Shown one piece after another: positions 32,029-42,593 of a stretch of 64,000 nucleotides of DNA; within the stretch, counting starts at the first letter, position 1; the number at the start of each line of letters is the position of its first letter. This stretch comes from a virus. The stretch covers positions 13,573 to 77,572 of the IMG/VR virus record IMGVR_UViG_3300003322_000968, one strand, 5' to 3'. The position numbers and the translations under genes were made by a program. The notes under the pieces are model-generated. The model was given only the letters and a program-made list of their open reading frames with translations. It did no database searches and was not told the origin of the DNA.

Positions 32029-32262
32029 ATGGCGATGAATGGCCAACGAATAAAGATAGCCCAAGCATTAATAAAGATAGCTCCAGAGGTTACCGCCAAG
32101 GACAGAACAGACTGCGCAAAAAAACTGAAGCTATCAAAGGAAACTATATGCTATTACCTGGGCGGAAAGGTGTCAAATAATGACAAGGCATTAAAGGTGC
32201 TCGAATTCCTAAAGGACCGCATAAAATGGCGTGAACAAGAAATTCAAAAACTATGCAAGTAG
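32029..32262 (+). CDS. Cro-like HTH protein
   Basis: 'CAKKLKLSKETICYYLGG'; 77 aa, divergent from the repressor. Confidence 0.65.
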   Translation: MAMNGQRIKIAQALIKIAPEVTAKDRTDCAKKLKLSKETICYYLGGKVSNNDKALKVLEFLKDRIKWREQEIQKLCK

Positions 32263-32546
32263 ATCAACTTAAGAGAATGGAGAGCAGGCTACTGCGGATC
32301 GAAAAAATGCTAACAGAGGTGCTTGATAAAGTGCCGCCGCCCCAAAAAGCGCGTATGACTGAAAAAGAAGTCATGGCAGAGTATAACGTTAGCAAGAATG
32401 TGTTGCGCCGTTTGCGGCTTGGCTATAAGAATAATGATGGCATTGAAGTGCCTGCTGTTCTGTTTAAATGGGGGCATCGGCATGGGAAGAACTTTGATTA
32501 TGATCGCGAAGAGGTTGAGCGCGTATTGCGCAGAACGCTTATATAA
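32253..32546 (+). CDS. Excisionase-like winged-HTH protein
   Basis: 'MTEKEVMAEYNVSKNVLRRLR...YDREEVERVL' MerR/Xis-like pattern. Confidence 0.55.
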   Translation: MQVDQLKRMESRLLRIEKMLTEVLDKVPPPQKARMTEKEVMAEYNVSKNVLRRLRLGYKNNDGIEVPAVLFKWGHRHGKNFDYDREEVERVLRRTLI

Positions 32547-32585
32547 CCACTCAATTAACTAACAAACTAAATACATTGACAGCGT

Positions 32586-33044
32586 ATGAATGATAACACA
32601 CAATTAGCAGTAGTTGATTCTGAGCAACATCTTCCAGCAAGAAATGAAGGTTTGCAGCCGGTTGAACTTGAGAACATTGCGGCATTACAAAATGCTGAGC
32701 CGGCTCCGTTTGACCTTATGAGCGATTATTGGAGCCCCGTGAATGCCGGTGAATCAAGGCGCGTACTTTTTGACCGAATTCAAACAATGGCCACGGTTGA
32801 CCAGACCTCTGGAGAGATTATTGACCTGGAATGTGCTTTCTTTTTCTATCAGGAACAGCCGGGCGGCTTAACTAAACAGATTCGCAATGGCTCAAAGCGA
32901 CTTGTTGGCGCCTTACAGGCCTTTAACCTCCAGCGCCTTACCCCGCTGCTTATAAAATACATGGGCAAAACCAGGAACAAAACCAACGCCAACCTATCTG
33001 ATAACTGGAGCATAACCCCTTTACGCGTCGATGTCACCAAATAA
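32586..33044 (+). CDS. Hypothetical (possible ssDNA-binding) protein
   Basis: Beta-rich 152-aa ORF preceding the Gp157-like gene; function is a guess. Confidence 0.35.
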   Translation: MNDNTQLAVVDSEQHLPARNEGLQPVELENIAALQNAEPAPFDLMSDYWSPVNAGESRRVLFDRIQTMATVDQTSGEIIDLECAFFFYQEQPGGLTKQIRNGSKRLVGALQAFNLQRLTPLLIKYMGKTRNKTNANLSDNWSITPLRVDVTK

Positions 33045-33525
33045 GCTATTTAACATCCAGTACGAATATGCGCAATTGTTGGGTAAGATAGAAGAGGCTG
33101 AAGGTGAGATTACCCCGGAGATTGATCAGGCCTTACAGTTTACAGAAAACAGGATGCATGAAGCCGGCGAGAACATCGGTATGAGCATTAAGGCGCTTGA
33201 ATACTGGGAAGATGACATTGAAGCGGAGTTAAAGCGCTTAGAAAAAATGCGCAATAGTACACGCAAGGGCATTGAATTATTGAAAAACCGACTAGCCCAG
33301 GCCATGCAGCAGTTTGGCATAGAACGCATTTCCAGCCCTACAATCACCGTTTCATTTCGTAAATCTGAAGCGGTCGAGATCCTGGATGAGTCTGTTATAC
33401 CTGCTGCATATTTTGAACCTCAACCGCCAAAACTGCGTAAGTCCTTAATTAAGGAGACCATTAAAGCGGGCCGCGATGTACCAGGGGCAGAAATAGTACA
33501 ACGCCAGAATTTACAAATCCGGTAA
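33031..33525 (+). CDS. Siphovirus Gp157-like protein
   Basis: Coiled coil then 'SFRKSEAVEILDESVIP...IKETIKAGRDVPGAEIVQRQNLQIR'. Confidence 0.85.
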   Translation: MSPNKLFNIQYEYAQLLGKIEEAEGEITPEIDQALQFTENRMHEAGENIGMSIKALEYWEDDIEAELKRLEKMRNSTRKGIELLKNRLAQAMQQFGIERISSPTITVSFRKSEAVEILDESVIPAAYFEPQPPKLRKSLIKETIKAGRDVPGAEIVQRQNLQIR

Positions 33526-34234
33526 AATGTTAATTATCACTACAGGCCGAACTCCAGATAGAACACCGACTGTGTTTACGGATATTTTCAAGGTAGCCTA
33601 TCGGGAGCGGTTGCCTATTGATCTGCTTGTTAAGAAGGTTATAGATGATGGTTATGTTATTGACTGGGATGCGGAGATTGAAGGCGCTTTAAAGCTTGGA
33701 ATAACACAGGAAACAATATTGAAAGGATTAGGCACAGCATATAAATACCTCTACCCCGATCTGCATTTGTACTACCTGGAAAAAGCGAAATGGTATTTAC
33801 GCTTAAGGCCTAAGAAAGTTGGTAACCCAGATCACACCATTAAAACCTATATCAATGATTCAAAATCTTCAGCTTCAGGCAATACTTGATACAATAGAGG
33901 GAACTGGCTTTGATCAGGTGCAATCTATTACGCTCCTAATTGACTGGGGCTTTAAATTACAACAATGGATGGCCTTCGCCGGTAGCCAACAGGCCGAATG
34001 CAAACGCGCCTTGCACGTTGCTCGAAGGCAGGCGATGGTCAACCTTGTTGCAAGCTTGCAGGCCAATGGCGCTGATATGGCAATCTCATTACAAAAACAA
34101 TATGTGGATGATTTGTGCGCAGAGGAGAATTACAACTATGAATTAGCGCAGCGCTGTAATAGGGCATGCGTACACGCCATTGATCTGGTTAGAACAGTAA
34201 TCACAACACTTCGGACCGAAATTCAGATGATCAA

Positions 34235-34903
34235 ATGAGTAGACTTATTGATATAACAGGTGTAAGATTCGGAAGAATACAAGTGGTGAGCATGTATACT
34301 TTCAAAGGAGGAAGAACTTATTGGTATTGGAGGTGCGATTGCGGCAGAATTAATTTAAGTGAAGCGTATAGCCTAAAATCCGGAGGTACTAAATCATGCG
34401 GCTGTTTCAGGGTCGAGCAAACATCTAAAAGGAAAATTACACACGGGCTACGCAAACATCCACTGTACGATATATGGAGTAAAATAAAAGAGCGCTGTAA
34501 TAATAGCAAAAATATAGCCTATAAGAATTATGGAGGGAGGGGAATTTCGGTTTTCAAACAATGGGAATGTTCATTTGATTCTTTCTATAAATGGTGTATT
34601 GAAAATAAATGGGAAAAGGGACTAGAAATTGATCGGATTAATAATAACGGAAATTATGAGCCCCATAATTGCAGAATTGTAACAAGAAAAATAAACTCGC
34701 GAAATCGTCGCACAAACAAGCCGATTCATTATATGGGGAAATTATATTGGTCTTGGGAACTAGAGGAGATTTATGGAATTCCTAAAATAATAATTCAACG
34801 ACGGCTGCGCGATTATAAATGGCCAATCGAAAAAGCCTTAACAATGCCAGTATTAAAAAGAAATCGAAAACTCGTTAATTATGACACAGCTACCGTTGTT
34901 TAA
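34235..34903 (+). CDS. HNH homing endonuclease
   Basis: 'DITGVRFGR...CDCG...TKSCGC', 'YGGRGI', 'IDRINNNGNYEPHNCR'. Confidence 0.85.
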   Translation: MSRLIDITGVRFGRIQVVSMYTFKGGRTYWYWRCDCGRINLSEAYSLKSGGTKSCGCFRVEQTSKRKITHGLRKHPLYDIWSKIKERCNNSKNIAYKNYGGRGISVFKQWECSFDSFYKWCIENKWEKGLEIDRINNNGNYEPHNCRIVTRKINSRNRRTNKPIHYMGKLYWSWELEEIYGIPKIIIQRRLRDYKWPIEKALTMPVLKRNRKLVNYDTATVV

Positions 34904-35729
34904 TGATGAAGAAACCCCACAGCAGCCTGATAAGAAAACCAGGCCGATGAGTATCCGCGCAAAGGCGCGTAAGATCATACGGGAAGAAGGGCTATACAAT
35001 TATGCAATGGTGATTAAAGCGGTTTTTGAAGCTGATGAAAAACACATAGAAGCGAAATACAACATACCAAAATCTGGCTTATGTGACTTATTGATTCGTG
35101 AGTTTGATATGGCAGTAGGCTATCAAGAGTCACTGATTGATTTCCTTCATCATGTAAAAAATATTCCGGGTTACGGTTTACAAAAAATCGAATAACATGA
35201 ATAGGCTCAATACACGTAGCGCAACCACTGCTACACCGCACTATCTCTATGATTTGTCTATGCCATTGCCTGAACGGCAATATAAGCGCATGCTTTTCCC
35301 AAGCGCTATTGCCGCCGCTGCATTTTTAGGAGTGCCCCCACAACGCATTTATCTCAGTCGTTCTTCTCGGCATCGTATCTGGTCAGAGGCGCAAGGGCGC
35401 TGGTTCGCTGTAAGGATTGCAAATACCAAAACCATTACAACCAATGAATGATCGCTATCTACTGCAACAGATGCTGCAGCGCGTAAAGGCTATCAATCCT
35501 GACTATCCGGCAGATATGCAGATTGACGGTAGGCATCTTTTAAAAGCAGCCGAATTCGTTTATAAGCAAATGTCCTTAGATCGCGGCGTTGAGAATAATG
35601 CCTATGAAATTATACCGGTTTGGGATCAGCTCTATACCGCCGCCTATAACGACCCTTTCTATAAGGATAAATCCCTGGCGACTATTTGTAACCATATACA
35701 AGAATTCTATCAAAAGGTTAAGAACGGCA

Positions 35730-36356
35730 ATGGAAAACAAATCTCTGGTACCAAGCTCAAGCAAAAGCTTGCTGCCCGCCTTAAGAACAGGAAATAAGCA
35801 GGCCATCAATTGGCACTTACAACTATTTAAACAGCATGGCGCTATACGCCATGACCTGACACTACAAATACCAAGCGCAGAACGCATACCAGCCCTAACA
35901 AGGACCGATGCTGGATATGATGAGATCAATACTATTCTTGCAATATACCTCACCCAAACGTTTAATAATCTCAATTTAAGAAAGGGCTTTAATGAGGATC
36001 AGGTGCTCGATTTAGCAGAAATGATTATTGAAGAAGCGAAGGAGGATAACTTAAGCCTGGAGGACGTAATGCTGTTTCTTCAGCAATTAGTAACAGGTAA
36101 GGCTGGTAAGATATTTGACCGGCTGGATATACCAACCTTTTTTGAGCTATTTGAGGGCTATAGGCAGGATCGACACCTAGCATTACAATATATACACTAT
36201 GAGGCCGAAGTGCAGTTTAAAGGGATGGGCGACACGACACGGACCAGCGATGGCAATATGGAGAACGATGAAAATACAAGACGGGTTATGGCCGATTACT
36301 ATAAAAACTCTATGAATAATGAAAGTCAACCCATTCAGCCGCCGCCTGCGCCCTGA
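35730..36356 (+). CDS. Putative replication protein (helicase-loader-like)
   Basis: Likely start MENKSL; 'LSLEDVMLF...GKAGKIFDRLD' is typical of Bacteroidota phage replication genes. Confidence 0.45.
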   Translation: MENKSLVPSSSKSLLPALRTGNKQAINWHLQLFKQHGAIRHDLTLQIPSAERIPALTRTDAGYDEINTILAIYLTQTFNNLNLRKGFNEDQVLDLAEMIIEEAKEDNLSLEDVMLFLQQLVTGKAGKIFDRLDIPTFFELFEGYRQDRHLALQYIHYEAEVQFKGMGDTTRTSDGNMENDENTRRVMADYYKNSMNNESQPIQPPPAP

Positions 36357-36681
36357 GGATAAGTTACACGCAAGCGTTTGCGACTATATACTTTGGACCT
36401 ATCCCGGAGCCGTTATACACCACTCGCCTAATGAAGGAAAACGTACGGCATTTGAGCGGTATTTAATGAAGGTCCTGCGCGTCTCCAGTGGCTTTCCTGA
36501 CCTGCTAATATTTTACCGTGGCCAAACGATCGCCATTGAATTAAAGGCCGGTAAAAACTGTATGACGGTCAATCAACAACGATGGATTGCGTTGCTCAAG
36601 GAATACTTCCCTGCGTCCTGTTGTACGGGCTTTGATGAGGCAACTGCTTTTATTGATGAGTATTTTAAAAACCTTAAATAA
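36319..36681 (+). CDS. VRR-NUC (PD-(D/E)XK) nuclease
   Basis: 'HSPNEG', 'GFPDL', 'IELKAG', 'Q..W'. Confidence 0.85.
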   Translation: MKVNPFSRRLRPEDKLHASVCDYILWTYPGAVIHHSPNEGKRTAFERYLMKVLRVSSGFPDLLIFYRGQTIAIELKAGKNCMTVNQQRWIALLKEYFPASCCTGFDEATAFIDEYFKNLK

Positions 36682-37272
36682 ACAAAAAACCACGCCTTAT
36701 GGGGCGTGGCAATTGCCAGTATCTATATGTAACAAAAAAGGAGGTACACCTAATCTACTCATTAAATTTCATGTATCCAACAAAAATTCCCTTGCGAGAA
36801 ATTGAACGCTCAATATCAATTAATTGTGCAATTGACAAATCCTCCCCAAAAACGCTGCAGCTCATGAAGTGGCAAGGCCAGAACCAGTATCTAAGACAAG
36901 GTTTAGGCCGGTGCCTATTTGTGTACATTGCCTTAAAATCAGGCTACAATCAAGAGGAGATTTGCGACTATTTGACTATGAGCGAACAGGAGTACTTGCA
37001 GCAATCCGGGATCCTGGATGAATACTACAATAACGGGCGCTTATTGTTTGAATCAGTTGGCACAAAAGCCGGCTATTTAGAAACTAAAGACGCCTGCTTA
37101 TTCTTTTACCGCAAGCTAGTATTAGCGGAGAACTATTTGCGGTATAGGTTTGGGTTATAAACTAAAAAGCCCCAGTGTTGAAACACCAGGGCCCGAGCTA
37201 ATAGCTACTTGCTATTTGGAAGAAAAGCCCAAGCGGGCAAAAAACACTATATATGAAAAGACAAAATCATTA

Positions 37273-37929
37273 TTAAAAGTATCCCTTAATATAATCCCAA
37301 ATTCGCTCTTTTATAGCTAACATTCCTTTATCGGATGGGTGAGAGCATATACCGGGATCAGCATAAAGCCCCTTCGCAGTATTTGTTTCATCTTTTTGTA
37401 AATCAGAATTTAAAATGAAAGCATATTTTTCCCGGTAAGCCCACTTTCTTATTTCCATATTAAGTGCTTTATTCCAAAATCCATCTACAATTACAACAAC
37501 AGCATTTGAGGTGTTAAGGTAATTTATCAACCTTTCGTAATATTCAATGAAATCAATAGCTCCTTCTGGTACATTCTCAGATATTCGGAAAATATACAAA
37601 TCAGCTCCTTTTAATAAATCCAATTGCTGAAGATCATAGGTTTTAAATTCTCTTTCAAATGCTGCTATGTTTTTAAACTCAATTGATGTACCGGGGGATT
37701 TGTCTTTGATGCTTTTAATCAGTAGATGAACAAAATCTGAATCTAAAGCGGAAGCTGCCATTCCCCAATCATGTTCCCATCCAATAGAAGGTAGCGGAGC
37801 ATGTTGTACAATACTGTTACCTAAGATTACTACCTTTTGAATTTTCCCAACCTTAGCATTGATTATAGGATTGGGTTGATTACAGGCAAAAAGATATAAT
37901 GTAAAGATTAGTAAGCTAATGCGGCGCAT
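37273..37929 (-). CDS. SGNH/GDSL hydrolase lipoprotein
   Basis: Lipobox 'LFAC', block I 'ILGNSI', C-terminal 'HPSDKGM'. Confidence 0.8.
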   Translation of the reverse strand: MRRISLLIFTLYLFACNQPNPIINAKVGKIQKVVILGNSIVQHAPLPSIGWEHDWGMAASALDSDFVHLLIKSIKDKSPGTSIEFKNIAAFEREFKTYDLQQLDLLKGADLYIFRISENVPEGAIDFIEYYERLINYLNTSNAVVVIVDGFWNKALNMEIRKWAYREKYAFILNSDLQKDETNTAKGLYADPGICSHPSDKGMLAIKERIWDYIKGYF

Positions 37930-38999
37930 AGATTAAATTTAAAAATGGCCAGGATATTTAGTAGTATCCTGGCCGCGATGCACATATCAAATATAAATTA
38001 CCGCGACGAATGTAAAGAAAAGTCCAAAAATGTCAATATAATTTGCGACTATTTTGCCTTACGGTTATAATTACGCATTTCAAATCTGATAACGCCGCTT
38101 CGGTCACGCCACGCATAAAGCGTATCGGGGCGTAGGCTGTCGAATGAAACAACTTCCAACTCTTCTGGTAAGTCAATTTGCGAGAGCTTGTGTGCGGTAA
38201 AGGTAAGGCCGGAGATAATAAATAAAACCAGGACACTGAGCGCTATAGTGAGCGCGGTTACGTTTCGTTTATACATTTGGTTTAGTTTGTTTATATAAAA
38301 CAAAAGCCCGGCTATTTGCCGGGCTTAGTAACAACCTGATCTATTGCAGTTTTTATCTGTTCTTTTGTAAGATACCATGAGCTTACTTTAATACAATTCT
38401 TACCATTAAATGTTATCACTGACACTTCGCAGGTATCCCCTATGAGCGCGGTAAGCGCCTGCGCCAATCTGTTAATTTCGCTCAAGTCTTTTGAGCTGCT
38501 TGACCTGATTACCTCTGATCGTTTATCAAGCCTTGGCGGTCTTTTTTTCATAACCAATCGCTCCGGTCCGGGGCTATGAGCCTCAAGATAGGCCGCTAAT
38601 TTTGCGACTATTTCAGGGTCATTTGAAGGATATTCCCGCAAAGAAGAGGCCGTAATGATGTGTGTGGCCCCTTTTATTTGCGTATTCAGGAACCAAAATT
38701 CATGATCAAGGCTGCCGGCATTTGCTACTATTTGGTTATTATGCAGGGCGCAGGTTGTAATAGCCTCATTCCTGCAATTGGCTGCCCAATCGGCCATTTC
38801 TGTAACCAAGGGCTGTCTGTAACGGCAAAGGGTTATTTTCGAAGGCTTTTTTGACATAACAGTGTTTTTGTTTTTAACTATATCATACCATAAATAGCAA
38901 AGCCCGCAAAAGCGGGCAGTAAACGTAAATTTCAATTCATAGGCGAATTCTTTTTATGTTTTGCGACTATTTTAGTCAGCAATGATCAGTAATACGATC

Positions 39000-39269
39000 C
39001 TACGCTTTGCGATCCTGGTGAAACCGGCAGCGCTCACCAGGTTTTGCGACTATTTGTTGGCACTTGCCACCCTTGGCCTTATCGGCCCCGCAGCGCAGCG
39101 TGTTGGGATCGTGAAACCGGCAATAGCCAGACGGTAATACAAACGGCGACATACATTGTACAGAATCTTTCAGTTTCTTGTCGTAGCGCTTGCCCTTACA
39201 TTGGGGGTTCTGGGCTATTACGGTAAGTGTTACCAGTAATAGCCCCAAAATAACGGTTAGAGTTTTCAT
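39000..39269 (-). CDS. Secreted small protein with two Cys/His zinc-binding-like repeats
   Basis: Signal peptide followed by two C-x-C-x-CRFH units. Confidence 0.55.
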   Translation of the reverse strand: MKTLTVILGLLLVTLTVIAQNPQCKGKRYDKKLKDSVQCMSPFVLPSGYCRFHDPNTLRCGADKAKGGKCQQIVAKPGERCRFHQDRKA

Positions 39270-39995
39270 GTTAATTGTTTATAATAAAAAACCCCGCATT
39301 TGCGGGGTTGGTAGGGATTAATAAACGGGGCCTATTTGTTGTTTTCTTTGAATGCTTTATATTCCGCCTTGCACCATTGCTTATAGTCGGTTTTTGTGAC
39401 GCCTGCCTCTTTGTCTCTTTGTTCTTCATACCCGTTTCTGTTTTCCCAATAGCTTTTAGCGGTTGCCTCGGTCATGAATTTTGCAGCCTTGGGGGTTTTA
39501 TAATCTTCTGGGTAAAGCCTCATATTCTCTCTGAACAATTCCTTTATTATTTGCTCAATGTTATGTTTTTGCATATTGAGTGTTTTAAATACAAAAGCCC
39601 CTATTCGGGGCTATGCATTGTGGTTAAAACTTCATTCATTTCTTCACCAGGAATAAACAGCACTTCCGCGCTGTCGTCATTGTCGTTTTGCTGCGTAATT
39701 TTTAGGCTATTGTCACGATAAACGATATAAATGCGTCCCTCGTAATTAATGCTTGAAATAGCGCATTTAATAGGCTCTGAAGGCAGTTCGTCAATTGAGG
39801 TCTGCTTAATAATGCGGGCCCAATTTTAAAAGTTCTTCATGATCCCATTCGCCATGCAGGCGCGCTTGAATTGCTCGTAATGCTTGAACTGTGTTATACA
39901 TATAAGTGTTTTTAAATACAAAAACCCCGCCCAGCAACCTGGAACGGGGTAAACACTCTGTCCAACGAAAAAGAGGGTTTAACGTTTTCCCGATG

Positions 39996-40349
39996 TCAGG
40001 AAAACGCTTCAATAAATTCTTTATCCCAGTCGCCGTTTTCGTCAAATACGGTGTATTCGCAATTATCATATGCGCAATATAACGGATAGCCTGAGCGTGA
40101 ATTTAAATTCGTTGCAAAGATTACCGGTTTGCCGTTAACGGTTATATTATAATTTGCAACATAAATATCCCCGCTGCTATCGTCTTTTTCGATCCTGAAC
40201 GGCTCACCATTTTCTACTATTTGTATTGTAATACCCTCGGGCCGGTCATGCTGATCGCTTTTGATTAAAAGGTGCCCCATGCAGCGTAATAATTTTGCTT
40301 CATTGAAAAAATCGCGGGGTATAACGCGTAAATAGCTACTATTTGTCAT
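39996..40349 (-). CDS. Conserved phage hypothetical protein
   Basis: 'SYLRVIPRDFFNEAKLLRC' N-terminus; preceded by the cassette motif. Confidence 0.6.
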   Translation of the reverse strand: MTNSSYLRVIPRDFFNEAKLLRCMGHLLIKSDQHDRPEGITIQIVENGEPFRIEKDDSSGDIYVANYNITVNGKPVIFATNLNSRSGYPLYCAYDNCEYTVFDENGDWDKEFIEAFS

Positions 40350-42119
40350 ATAAGTGTTTTAACTAAAAAGCCCCGCGCAATTGCTTGCAACGGGGCCGCT
40401 TTCCATCTAAAACCAAATAGTTAAACGCGCATAAACTCCTTCAGATCGTATTGAGTGCTACCATGTGTGAAATAGGCTCCGCCCTCCTCGTGCTCAATCT
40501 CCGCCTCATAAATTTCTTCATGCTCCATATCCTGCCCGTAATTAAACCGGTAATACACCCCGTCATTGCTATGATTAAACATAATTTCAATGCCGCCATG
40601 ATTGCAAATTGTAAGTGTTGCATCTGGCTTGAATCTATCGGGGCTTATATCTGCAACCTTCCCCACTATTAATTCAAATTCGCGCCACCAATCGCCAATG
40701 GTATGTTTTTCGCCCATATCATTAATGGTTTGGCAGTCCATTAACGCCGCCTCGGTGTCAATACGGCGACCGGTTTCAACTGTGTAGATTTTGCCTTTAG
40801 TAAAGCAGCCGCCGCCATTGTGCAGGTTACTTTTTGCTTTAATTTGATAAGTATTCATGTTATGAGTGTTTATTAATAGAAAAGCCCCAATGAGGGGCTA
40901 AATTTGCTACTATTTGTTACAGATCATCGGGGCCAAATGTATGCCAGCTAATGTAGCTATAGAGCCTATTTAATACAATCATAGCGCGCAAAGATTCCGC
41001 CGTAAATGATTTTAGTGTATTGTCAGCGCCGTGAAGCGTATTATATAACAATTTGGCTTCTGTGCCATGGGGATCAATTTTTCCCTCTTTAATGCGCTTA
41101 ACAAACTGCTTGACCTGATTGTTTAATTCTGCTTTTGTCATTGTATGAGTGTTTATTAATACAAAACCCCGCTATTTGCGGGGTTTTAGCTTTTGGAATG
41201 TATCTGTAATTATATAATAACAATCCTTTCCTTCTGCATGGCCTATTATGACAAAACCGTTTTGTTGCAACCAATATTCAGCGATCTCACAACTATCTTT
41301 GCCGTAATCAGCATCAAAGGGTATGATAACAGACTGCTTAAATCTTTCGCTTTTAATAGAAATACGCGCCGGTTGCGTGTTAGTCTGTCCAACGTATTTA
41401 ACTATCAGAATGTGGTAATTAGGTATTTTAGTATTCATATAAGTGTTTTATAAATACAAAAGCCGGCCAGGGCGAAACCTGAACCGGCTAACGTGTACCT
41501 ATGAAAAACCGACCTTAATAAGCGCTAATAATTTCCAATTTATTGCTTTCGCAAAAATCATTGACCTTATAAAAATCAGCAAGATTAGATGTTTTCACCA
41601 ACGAATACCCTAATGAATTAATAGATTCTGTCAAGTCTTGTAATCTGTATTTATCTACCCTGGTAAGCAGGTGTGAATATTCATCAATTTCTTTAATGGC
41701 ATTTTCTAAGCGCTCTAAATCTTGTTGCAATTTTATTTGTGCAGCTTTTTTAGTTTGTTTTCTCATTGTATTAAGTGTTTTTAACTAAAAAACCCCGCTG
41801 GAACGAAACCAGACGGGGCTATGTGCTCTATCGGCTATAACAGAGATAAGCTAGTCAGCTATTTGGTTTGCTTGCTGTATTGCAAATTTCGTTTCGTGGA
41901 TACGGCTTAAATTACCAGTTACTATTTCACCAGTTGCCGCCCCAACTGCATTGCATAGTTGCTGCCGTATATTATCATCCTGCACATGCAGCCCTAACAA
42001 TTGGGCCTGCGCTTTAATGTTAAAGTAAGCAATTGCATTATTGGCGGCCGCAACTAAATCGGCCATTATTTTAGTCTCTTTGTTTGTCATACAAGTGTTT
42101 TATAAATACAAAAGCCCGG

Positions 42120-42593
42120 TTATTTGCCGGGCCTGTAAAATTCAACATAACTTAAGTCTTTGGTGTACCTTACTCGAACATTGTTCGGCAAACCCCAGTA
42201 AGCGCCACCTTTATCATATGCGGGTTCGCTCATTGGTATGTATTCATCAAATATCTTTGTACCAGCTGGTGGCGGCACTCCTATATTTGATCTGCCCATT
42301 GGAGCGCCATGTTTACCATTAACGGGGGTTATGATCTGGTTAACCAGCCGTTTACCGTTCAGGACATATAGGTCATAGCCCTGGCTTTTTAGCTCCCGTT
42401 GCAAGGTTATATAATCGGCCCTGCGCGCTCGTTTAAGTTTCTTGCAATATTCAACTTTTGCAGTACTGTGTTGCCCAATATGGCTATAGCAATATATGTC
42501 AAGGCCCGGGTTAACCCAGTCACTGCCGGGAAATACAGCTAATACACCACGGGGGTTTTCTTCAATCAGGAATAATACGGTTGTTTTGCTCAT
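42120..42593 (-). CDS. Two-domain phage hypothetical protein
   Basis: 'YSHIGQHS' domain fused to a 'HGAPMGR...YDKGGAYWG' domain; preceded by the cassette motif. Confidence 0.6.
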   Translation of the reverse strand: MSKTTVLFLIEENPRGVLAVFPGSDWVNPGLDIYCYSHIGQHSTAKVEYCKKLKRARRADYITLQRELKSQGYDLYVLNGKRLVNQIITPVNGKHGAPMGRSNIGVPPPAGTKIFDEYIPMSEPAYDKGGAYWGLPNNVRVRYTKDLSYVEFYRPGK

